From positions 687 to 64,686 of the forward strand of contig JBBUDU010000002.1 in the NCBI GenBank assembly GCA_038057125.1: DNA of 64,000 nt, written 5' to 3'. A model generated the notes under the pieces. It was not told the origin of the DNA, did not search any database, and worked only from the letters and a program-made list of their open reading frames with translations. Every line of letters starts with the position of its first letter. The stretch's first letter is position 1. Origin of the DNA: Patescibacteria group bacterium (GTDB taxonomy: Bacteria; Patescibacteriota; Minisyncoccia; Phycocordibacterales; UBA1550). The translations under genes and the position numbers were made by a program. Of this stretch, positions 30,396 through 38,135 are shown one piece after another.

Positions 30396-31628
30396 ATGCC
30401 ACAAGAAGATTCTACAAATAAAATAGGGCGTGACAATAAACCTGGTATCTACTTTGGAGTACCGGACTCGCCAACCGTTTCAGTTGCAGGCAAAACCGCT
30501 GATACCACGCCAGAAAACAGAGTATCAACTGTGCGCACGGTGCGCACAATGGAGAAGGACATTGCCGAAGCAAGAGATCTCGAGAAAAGACTTTCTGATT
30601 TAAGAAAGAAAGAAAAAGGCGGAGGAGCAAATTTCTTAACCACGATGTGGTCAAAAATTTCCGGAAAGGCAGCGGCTGAATCGAAAACTGCCAACATCGC
30701 TGTGGAAAAAGAGCAGACTCGGGCAAAAGAATGGGCGGAAGTAAAACAAACACGGGCAAAAATTGCCTCGGATGCCGCGCTTATTGCGACACAAAAAGAA
30801 GAAACTCGAGTTGCAAAGGAAAAAGAGGCGGCACAAATTCAGGCAAAAGCCGAGATGGAAATGAAAGCTAAAGAAGAAGCGGGACGCGCTAAAAAAGCGA
30901 CAGAGGCCGCCCTACTCGCAACACAAAAAAAACGCGCTCTCGCCGAATCGGAAGCCGCAGTGAAAAAAGAGAAAATGCGTGCACAAGCTGTTGTAACATC
31001 TTCTCCGGAAGCCACCGCTGTGAGAAACAGAACAGTTGCAACGGTTTCCACAAAGGTGGCCGAGATTATGGCGACACGCGGCGAAGCACTAGCAAAGACG
31101 ACTATGGAAGCCGCCGAAATTATTGAAGAAAAAGAGCGTGTACGGACCACAATAGCAAAAATTGTTGGGGATGAAGAAAAAGCTCTCGGTGAAGTCACAA
31201 AACTTATTGAACAAGAAGAGAAAGAGAGGGCTCAAACCGCAAAAGTTGAAGCCTCTAAAAAAAGAGTTGAAGTAGAAATGGCTGCCGAAAAAGCAGAGGC
31301 AACACTTATAAAAGAACGCAAAGAAGCTGATGTTTCGGAAATTCTTGCAAAGAAAGAACGGGATGAGGCGGATGAGGCGGAAATTCTTGCAAAGAAAGAG
31401 CGAGTTCGCGCAGACGCGGCTCTTGAAATAGAAGCAAAGGAGATTTTTGAGGCGGAGAAACAAGTACAGATTGCAGTGGATGCGGCAACAAAAGAAGTTG
31501 CTTCACTGCAAAATCGAGCGCGATCCAAATCCGAAGTTATTGCATTGGCTCAAAAAATAGCCCGCGAAGCGGAAGCTGCGGAAGCTGACGAAATTGCCAC
31601 TATCGGAAAGAAGGCGCGCACCAACTAG
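30396..31628 (+). CDS. Ala/Glu/Lys-rich coiled-coil hypothetical protein
   Basis: 410-aa ORF, VRTMEKDIAEA motif, repeated EILAKKER. Confidence 0.75.
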   Translation: MPQEDSTNKIGRDNKPGIYFGVPDSPTVSVAGKTADTTPENRVSTVRTVRTMEKDIAEARDLEKRLSDLRKKEKGGGANFLTTMWSKISGKAAAESKTANIAVEKEQTRAKEWAEVKQTRAKIASDAALIATQKEETRVAKEKEAAQIQAKAEMEMKAKEEAGRAKKATEAALLATQKKRALAESEAAVKKEKMRAQAVVTSSPEATAVRNRTVATVSTKVAEIMATRGEALAKTTMEAAEIIEEKERVRTTIAKIVGDEEKALGEVTKLIEQEEKERAQTAKVEASKKRVEVEMAAEKAEATLIKERKEADVSEILAKKERDEADEAEILAKKERVRADAALEIEAKEIFEAEKQVQIAVDAATKEVASLQNRARSKSEVIALAQKIAREAEAAEADEIATIGKKARTN

Positions 31629-32032
31629 CGTCTCCAAAATCCATTGGTAAAATAGTTGTAATTAACCACACCTTCGTGTACCGCAAACACATACCAAAGC
31701 GATAAAATGAGCCCAATTATTGAAAGTACCAATCCGATACGAGCCCATTTTTTACGAGCCGAATTTAGTCCCATAATAGAAAGAACTATACCGAACACTG
31801 AATACAGAACACCAAAAAGCATAACTATCCATGAGATGACCGAAAGTGCGCCAAAAATCATCCCGGTAAGAGCAAATATGTTGCGGATATCACGAGGTTT
31901 CCCACCTTCTATTTTTTTTATAAGCTCAGGCGGAATAAATGAAAACTTTGGAAGAGACTTCGTTTCAGGCGAAGTCGAGCCTGACATCGGTTCTCCCTGT
32001 TTTTGAATTGGATTAAAAAATTCTCCTTCCAT
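31625..32032 (-). CDS. Small membrane protein (DUF4190-like)
   Basis: ALTGMIFGALS...GIVLSIMGL...ARIGLVLSIIGL. Confidence 0.7.
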   Translation of the reverse strand: MEGEFFNPIQKQGEPMSGSTSPETKSLPKFSFIPPELIKKIEGGKPRDIRNIFALTGMIFGALSVISWIVMLFGVLYSVFGIVLSIMGLNSARKKWARIGLVLSIIGLILSLWYVFAVHEGVVNYNYFTNGFWRR

Positions 32033-32146
32033 ATACATACAGTGTAGCAATTTTATAAACACAATAGAACCCCGCCTGTTGATAACTCTTCGAGTAATCG
32101 GGTGTATAATGTAAGAAAGGTCGCAGTATTTTTAAGAAAAAACAAA

Positions 32147-32422
32147 ATGAAAACAATCAAAGCAATATCAACTCTTATATTAGATCCTCGGCTCGGAAAT
32201 GAAGAAGGTACTTTTCATTTCTCTCGCCCTACGTCGCTAATCACATATACTACCCTTGCTTTGGCTATTTTAGCACCCGCTCTCGCAAGCGCGGACGGTG
32301 GAACCGGAATGATGGGATACGGCGGAGGGATGGAAACATTTATGTTTACGAGCAGTATCGTATGGACAGTTGTCGGTATCCTTGCGGCAGTATGGCTCTG
32401 GCAGAATATAAGCAAGAAGTAA
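32147..32422 (+). CDS. Small exported/membrane protein with an in-frame family B insertion in its signal peptide
   Basis: MKTIK...LALAILAPALASA-DGG GMMG...TM; the LDPRLGNEEGTFHFSRPTSLI segment is encoded by the repeat. Confidence 0.7.
   Translation: MKTIKAISTLILDPRLGNEEGTFHFSRPTSLITYTTLALAILAPALASADGGTGMMGYGGGMETFMFTSSIVWTVVGILAAVWLWQNISKK
32179..32241 (+). repeat. 63-bp family B element copy 1
   Basis: ATTAG(A/C)TCCTCGGCTCG...TCTCGC(C/T)CTACGTCGCTAAT shared with copies at 40937, 43228 and 47804. Confidence 0.85.
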
Positions 32423-32638
32423 AGTAGGGGGACATGGGTAACAAAAAATAGGAACGCCAACAGCCGAAGGCTGTTGGCGTTCCTCGTGTGTACTCGCTGT
32501 TCCCCCTGTCCCAAATGTTCCCAACCGTACGCCCCGTTTGACTTTTATTTCAAAATAGCCTACAATCTCTCTAACTCCGCAATGTGTTTGCGGTGTTGTT
32601 AATTTACCTTACGGCCCTTAAAAAGGACCTCAAATCCA

Positions 32639-33157
32639 TTGAACCCAAAGACGAAAATCAACCACCAAATTCGCGCCAAAGAACTCCGTGTAATCACGGA
32701 CGCGGGCGAGATTCTCGGAGTCCTTTCTCTATCAGAAGCTCTTGCAAAAGCAGATGCCTTAGGATTTGATCTTATCGAGATCTCACCAAATGCTATTCCG
32801 CCGGTTGCAAAAATAATGGATTATGGTAAGTACAAGTACCAGCAGAGCAAAAAGCAAAAAGAAACAAAAGCTCGCACTCACGTTACGGAAACCAAGACAT
32901 TGCAAGTAAAGATTGGCACCTCGGAGCACGACCTAGAGCTAAAGGCAAAAAACGCCTCGAAATGGCTGAAGGAGGGACACCGTGTGAAGATTGACCTTTT
33001 CCTTGTTGGGCGATCAAAGTATGCAGATATTGGGTTCAAAAAAGAGAGACTCAACAGAATTTTGACCCTCATTTCCGAGGAATACAAGTTGCCCGGCGAG
33101 CCGCTCAAGGGCCCCAAAGGACTCTCAATCATCCTTGAACGCGCGTCAAAGAAATAA
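32639..33157 (+). CDS. infC: Translation initiation factor IF-3
   Basis: INHQIR, DLIEISP..PPVAKIMDYGKYKY; TTG start; precedes rpmI-rplT. Confidence 0.96.
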   Translation: MNPKTKINHQIRAKELRVITDAGEILGVLSLSEALAKADALGFDLIEISPNAIPPVAKIMDYGKYKYQQSKKQKETKARTHVTETKTLQVKIGTSEHDLELKAKNASKWLKEGHRVKIDLFLVGRSKYADIGFKKERLNRILTLISEEYKLPGEPLKGPKGLSIILERASKK

Positions 33158-33165
33158 AAATTATT

Positions 33166-33357
33166 ATGAAATCAAACAAATCATTTACAAAACGACTTAA
33201 AGTGACCAAGACCGGAAAAATTCTTGGGCGCAAGCCGGGTCAAAACCACTTCAATGCAAAAAGAAGCCGCTCGAAACAGCTCGCCGGCAAGCGCACAAGT
33301 GAGTTTCATATGACCAACAAGGAAAAAGCGCGATTTTTACCAGGACTTCTAAAATAA
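33166..33357 (+). CDS. rpmI: 50S ribosomal protein L35
   Basis: KRLKVTKTGKI, HFNAK; between infC and rplT. Confidence 0.93.
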   Translation: MKSNKSFTKRLKVTKTGKILGRKPGQNHFNAKRSRSKQLAGKRTSEFHMTNKEKARFLPGLLK

Positions 33358-33363
33358 ACTGTC

Positions 33364-33708
33364 ATGACAAGAGTAAAACGAGGAACAACTTCAGCAAAAA
33401 CACGCCGTAATGTCCTAGCACAGGTCAAAGGCTATCGTTTTGGTCGCAGTAAAAAAGAAATTCAGGCAAATGACGCTATCGCTCACGCTGGAGCGCATGC
33501 GTTTGCGCACCGCCGCGATAAAAAGAATGACTTCCGTCGTCTTTGGACTGTAAAAATAAATGCAGCAATACGCCCACTAGGTTTTTCATACAGCAAATTC
33601 ATTGATGCGCTAAAGAAAAAGAACATTATTCTCGACCGCAAAATCATGGCAGACCTAGCAGAAAACAACCCCGAAACATTTGCAAATTTAGTAAATGAAG
33701 TGAAGTAG
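33364..33708 (+). CDS. rplT: 50S ribosomal protein L20
   Basis: MTRVKRG, FRRLWTVKINAA, LDRKIMADLA. Confidence 0.97.
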   Translation: MTRVKRGTTSAKTRRNVLAQVKGYRFGRSKKEIQANDAIAHAGAHAFAHRRDKKNDFRRLWTVKINAAIRPLGFSYSKFIDALKKKNIILDRKIMADLAENNPETFANLVNEVK

Positions 33709-33786
33709 CCAAAAACAATTGACATGTGACCAATACACAAGAGCGCGCCCGCAGGGCGCGCTCTTGTGTTAATGGAGTCCAACCTC

Positions 33787-33908
33787 AGAGCGAGGGTGTC
33801 TCTTGTGAGGGGGCTTGCGAGCGTGACGACGCGAGCACGAGGAACCCAGCCCTCGTCAACGAGGGCTGGGTATCCGTACCCCACACAAGACGACCCCGAG
33901 CGACCTCT
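33787..33908 (+). repeat. Nested fold-back element, family D copy 2
   Basis: TTGCGAGCGTGACGACGCGAGCA 33815-33837, ATCCGTACCC 33872-33881; follows the terminator at 33735-33768. Confidence 0.75.
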
Positions 33909-34557
33909 ACATAATCCTCTCCCCTTCTTTCCCACCCACCCCGTCAAAATTTTCATACACATACTGCGGACATTTCTCGCCAATATCGCAAGTCTTACTA
34001 TTCTTAATAGTATTCATAAGTTTTGCAACAAGCTCTTTAGGGCTCTCATCAAAAATAACTTCACCTTCTTCTTTGCGGTGACTTCTTTCGAGCATGTCGA
34101 TAAGCACTTCGTCCATATCCCAATCACCACGAAGAACACCGATAGGCTTATGGTCTTCAAAAGCAATGGTGAACTCGTTTACCGTACCAATACGACCGCA
34201 CCCTACGATGACGCCGTCTGAAGCGCGCGTAAGCAACAGGTTTCGTCCGGAATACCCAAAGCCTGTATAAACAATAATGTCTAGATAATCCAACGGCAAG
34301 CCGTATGTTTCGACGTGTTCTTTTTCGCTTGATGCGGGCGATAGTCCTATTGAAACACCGCCAGCCTCTTTCGCTCCCATCGCCGCCCAAAGAGGAAAAC
34401 CTGTGGTAGCGCCAGTCACCAAAATTCCACCCTGACGAACAATCTCTCGCCCAAGATCTTTTGCTTTGTCTATTGCGCCTTCACCGCAAAAGGTAGTATC
34501 TGCGGCACCTGACACACAGATTTTTAATTTAAAATGTTGGTGTTTTTCGTTTCCCAT
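33907..34557 (-). CDS. SLOG/LOG superfamily protein (TIGR00725-like)
   Basis: LVTGATTG, GAKEAGG, TGFGYSGRN, GRIGTVNE. Confidence 0.85.
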   Translation of the reverse strand: MGNEKHQHFKLKICVSGAADTTFCGEGAIDKAKDLGREIVRQGGILVTGATTGFPLWAAMGAKEAGGVSIGLSPASSEKEHVETYGLPLDYLDIIVYTGFGYSGRNLLLTRASDGVIVGCGRIGTVNEFTIAFEDHKPIGVLRGDWDMDEVLIDMLERSHRKEEGEVIFDESPKELVAKLMNTIKNSKTCDIGEKCPQYVYENFDGVGGKEGERIM

Positions 34558-34616
34558 ACGGTATTTTATTTATAATATATTTATAGATTAACATAACTAT
34601 TATACGCTCTTTGTTC

Positions 34617-35972
34617 TCAAAAGTCGATCTCAATAACATCTCCTGATTTTGGAACACTCGTATCAATGCCAAGATAGTCTCGCACTCTCTGTGCAAAGAA
34701 AAGCCCTGCACCAAGCTCAGCATGGACAACAAAAATTTTCTTGAGAGATTCTCGCATTTCAGTCACAAATTCAAGAAGCGCGTTCATGTCTTTGTGCGCT
34801 GAGTACCCTTGTATCATAACAACTTTTGCTCGCACCGGAACATTCTCGTCAAAAATTCTCACGCTTTTAATTCCTTCTTGAAGCGCGCGTCCCATAGTGC
34901 CCACAGCTTGATACCCAACAAGAAGGAGCGTGCTTTTGGGGTCTGGAAGATAATTGAGCTCGTGGTGCATAATGCGCCCGCCATTTGACATGCCAGATCC
35001 CGCAATAATGATTTTAGGATTTGGAACATCTTTTATTGCAATAGAATCCTGAGACCGTTCTGTAAAACGAAGTTTCGGAAACTTAAAGATATCGTCGCCC
35101 TTGGTTATTGTATCTTGGATTTCCTTATTAAAGTACGCTTTGCTATTGCTAAATACTTTTGTGACTTTTATTGCCAGTGGCGAGTCCACGAAAACGGGGA
35201 TCTCGGGAATCTTTTTCCATTCCACCATTTCGTTTAATTCTAAAAGTAAATCCTGTGTGCGTTCGATTGAAAATGCGGGAATCATCAAGGCGCCCCCGCG
35301 AACGACAGTTTCCTCTATTACTTCCTTGAGGCGGTTTGAGCGCTCAAGGAGATTCTCATGAACACGGTCTCCGTATACTGCTTCCATCACAAGAAAATCC
35401 ACGTTCGAAAGGAGCGCAGTGTCCGGCATGAGTGGTGATGGCGAATTTCCGAGGTCGCCGGAAAATACGAGCTTCTTTCCATTGTGAGATATTTCAACCA
35501 TCGCTGACCCTAGGATATGTCCCGCATCACGAAACCGCACGCGCATGTCGTCTTTAAAAATAATATCCTTGTCGTACGGTATTGCCTCCCAGTTGGCAAA
35601 CGCTTTTTCTACCGCGTCTTCGCGATAAAGTGGCTCGTGGCCGTCTGCTTTTGCCTCTCGCGCAATAATACGCAATGTGTCTTCGAGCATAAGCTTCGCT
35701 ATTTCTCGTGTCGGCGGCGTGGAGTAAACTTTTCCATTAAATCCTTCATTAAAAAGCTTCGGGATGCGTCCAACATGGTCAAGGTGCGCATGGGTCACAA
35801 AAACCGCATCAACGGTGGCGGGGTTGTATGGGAATGGTTTGTTATTTTTGTCGTCACACACTTTCACTCCCTGAAAAAACCCGCAGTCAACCATAATGGT
35901 TACTCCATCTCCTTCGAGAATATGATTCGAACCTGTCACCTCCCCCGCCGCGCCGTAAAATTTGAGTTTCAT
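34617..35972 (-). CDS. MBL-fold beta-CASP ribonuclease
   Basis: GAAGEVTGS, THAHLDHVG, AGHILGS, GSGMSNGGR, YSAH. Confidence 0.93.
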   Translation of the reverse strand: MKLKFYGAAGEVTGSNHILEGDGVTIMVDCGFFQGVKVCDDKNNKPFPYNPATVDAVFVTHAHLDHVGRIPKLFNEGFNGKVYSTPPTREIAKLMLEDTLRIIAREAKADGHEPLYREDAVEKAFANWEAIPYDKDIIFKDDMRVRFRDAGHILGSAMVEISHNGKKLVFSGDLGNSPSPLMPDTALLSNVDFLVMEAVYGDRVHENLLERSNRLKEVIEETVVRGGALMIPAFSIERTQDLLLELNEMVEWKKIPEIPVFVDSPLAIKVTKVFSNSKAYFNKEIQDTITKGDDIFKFPKLRFTERSQDSIAIKDVPNPKIIIAGSGMSNGGRIMHHELNYLPDPKSTLLLVGYQAVGTMGRALQEGIKSVRIFDENVPVRAKVVMIQGYSAHKDMNALLEFVTEMRESLKKIFVVHAELGAGLFFAQRVRDYLGIDTSVPKSGDVIEIDF

Positions 35973-36084
35973 CCCAGTAGAGTTTTTGTTAAGATTCCTT
36001 CCTTAATAAATATAACTAATTCTACCACTTTTTCTAAACTTTTCGCAGGCAAACTAGAGAAAACTCTAACGGGACAAGTCATAA

Positions 36085-36486
36085 TTATTTATGTTTAAAT
36101 CGCCACCACGTAAAAACTGCTACTATTGTACCCCCCAGTATATCAAATAAAATATCGCTTAGCGTGTCCGACATTGCATTGATATGCTCAACCGTTAAAA
36201 AACTGACTACCGCTTCATAAGCTTCCCAAAGTAGCCCGACGCCAAACGCAAAAATAAAGCACACACCAAGGAGCGAAATGAAATCTTTGGGAGCGACACC
36301 AAGGCGGGAATACTGCCACCAAACACCGAAAGCGGCAAGCCATGCACCTCCCGCAAAATGCATCGGCATATCAAACCATCGCATTGTCCAATACCAGTAA
36401 TTCGCGTAAGCAAGTCCATTCACGATGGCAATAAAAACGAGAAACGCCACTAACGTTACTGGGATATGAAATTGTCGCGAATTCAT
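36085..36486 (-). CDS. VanZ-like membrane protein
   Basis: FDMPMHFAGG, LWEAYE, DTLSDILFDILG. Confidence 0.7.
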   Translation of the reverse strand: MNSRQFHIPVTLVAFLVFIAIVNGLAYANYWYWTMRWFDMPMHFAGGAWLAAFGVWWQYSRLGVAPKDFISLLGVCFIFAFGVGLLWEAYEAVVSFLTVEHINAMSDTLSDILFDILGGTIVAVFTWWRFKHK

Positions 36487-36535
36487 CTGATAAGTATACC
36501 GTGGCTTACGAACGTAAACAAACAACGAAGTCACT

Positions 36536-36567
36536 CAGCAATAGTGCACGATAGCGCACTATTGCTG
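36536..36567. repeat. Family C palindrome, left of the PaaX/Cas2-like gene
   Basis: CAGCAATAGTGC-ACGATAGC-GCACTATTGCTG, identical to 37241-37272. Confidence 0.9.
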
Positions 36568-36581
36568 TAAGAAAGAAAAAG

Positions 36582-37190
36582 ATGTATGCTGTATGTGCAA
36601 ATATGTCGAACATTACAATCAAAAAGGGATCTCATAAGGGGTCTCGCAGAAGTGCGATACAGAAAAAGATACTTCTACTCTTGTACGGAGGCATTGCTCT
36701 TGGACTTACGCGCAACCCAAAGCAATATTTTAATATCGTAAGTGAAATTCATAAAGAGTGGCAAAGTATTAATCGCAACTCTCTCAACCGTGCAATTCAC
36801 TCTCTTTATAAATCAAAACTTGTTTCAACAAAAGACAACCGCGATGGAACACTAACGCTCGTATTATCAAAAGATGGACAGATTCTTGCCATTACTTATG
36901 ATATCGAAAATATGGAAATTAAAAGTCCCACACAATGGGATAGAAAGTGGCGTATCGTAATGTTTGATGTCCCTGAGAAATTCAAAAAAATTCGCGATAC
37001 TCTCCGTATGCATTTCAAAAATATGGGTTTCTATGAATTCCAGAAGTCAGTTTTTGTGCACCCTTATCCTTGCGGAAAGGAAATCGAATATATTATGGAA
37101 TTTTACCAAGCGCAAAAATATGTACGCTTTATTGTTGCAGCTGAAATTGATAACGCACTAGAGCTCAAGCGTCATTTTCATCTTACTTAA
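36582..37190 (+). CDS. PaaX/Cas2-like protein (wHTH-like N-terminus + Cas2/VapD-type domain)
   Basis: WDRKWRIVMFDVPE, RDTLR, GFYEFQKSVFVHPYPC; start may be 36603. Confidence 0.85.
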   Translation: MYAVCANMSNITIKKGSHKGSRRSAIQKKILLLLYGGIALGLTRNPKQYFNIVSEIHKEWQSINRNSLNRAIHSLYKSKLVSTKDNRDGTLTLVLSKDGQILAITYDIENMEIKSPTQWDRKWRIVMFDVPEKFKKIRDTLRMHFKNMGFYEFQKSVFVHPYPCGKEIEYIMEFYQAQKYVRFIVAAEIDNALELKRHFHLT

Positions 37191-37226
37191 ACAAGGGTAC
37201 TAAATACTGATACAAATCATAATCAC

Positions 37227-37286
37227 CCACCTCTCCCCCTCAGCAATAGTGCACGATAGCGCACTATTGCTGAGGGGGAGAGGTGG
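37227..37286. repeat. Family C palindrome, right of the PaaX/Cas2-like gene, with inverted flanks
   Basis: 32-bp core 37241-37272 extended by CCACCTCTCCCCCT/AGGGGGAGAGGTGG. Confidence 0.9.
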
Positions 37287-37359
37287 TGTATACACGCGAA
37301 GTGTGTTTCCAAAAATTCTAAATTGAAAAAGCTCATACCAGAGGGTATGAGCTTTTACT

Positions 37360-37484
37360 TAGGGTTACTGAAGGCATTGACCCTAGATAAATCTAGGTGG
37401 GTGCTCGCAATCACATGCCAAGGCGTGTGAAAATATAGAGCTCCCTTGTCAATAACTTAGGAGACAATACCTCGAATAACCCTA
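37360..37484 (-). ncRNA. Candidate stand-alone structured small RNA
   Basis: Minus-strand TTGCAA-16-TATAGT promoter, closing stem TAGGGTTA/TAACCCTA, internal hairpins, terminator 37326-37356. Confidence 0.5.
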
Positions 37485-37592
37485 CTTAAACTATACGCCC
37501 ATCAAAATTTTTTGCAATGATAAAAATTCATTACGAAACAAAAACCTTGCGTAAAGCAAGGTTTTTGGAAAAAAATTCAAGAACAACTGGTG

Positions 37593-38069
37593 CTAGAATG
37601 ACTCGTCTGCGTATATATAATCAAAGTTTGATTTCTTGTAATCAAAAATTTCGTCGAATTTAAAAAAACGCGCGACTTCTGTCTTGCCAGACTCAACAGA
37701 ATCTGACGAGTGCACAACGTTTGACTGAATAGAAAGTGAGAGGTCACCACGAATGCTCCCTGCATCTGCATCAAATCCCTTTGTAGGGCCGACAAGGATA
37801 CGCGTTGCAGAAACCGCATTAATTCCGGAAAGCACCATCACCACGACCGGAGACGCTTTCATAAACGCCTTAATACCTGCAAAAAATGGTTTGTCGGCGA
37901 TGTGAGAATAGTGCGCCTCAAGAAGCGCGTCCTCAAGTGTAATCATCTTCATTCCAACAATCTTGAGACCTTTGCGTTCAAAACGAGAGGTAATCTCGCC
38001 CAAAAGCCCGCGCTGGATTGCGTCCGGTTTTACGATAATAAGTGCCTGCTCTTCTTTTGGATGTGTCAT
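37593..38069 (-). CDS. ndk: Nucleoside diphosphate kinase
   Basis: IVKPDAIQRGL, GSIRGD, NVVHSSDS. Confidence 0.96.
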   Translation of the reverse strand: MTHPKEEQALIIVKPDAIQRGLLGEITSRFERKGLKIVGMKMITLEDALLEAHYSHIADKPFFAGIKAFMKASPVVVMVLSGINAVSATRILVGPTKGFDADAGSIRGDLSLSIQSNVVHSSDSVESGKTEVARFFKFDEIFDYKKSNFDYIYADESF

Positions 38070-38135
38070 ATGTTCAAAAGTTATTTATTAAGATTTGGAT
38101 ATACTAGCAAAAATCTCCTTCACAGGCAAACATTC

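Noticed and set aside
36582-37190. CRISPR-Cas locus (cas2) or phenylacetate regulon (paaX)
   Set aside because: No cas1, effector, array or paa genes; the flanking palindromes enclose a gene, not spacers.
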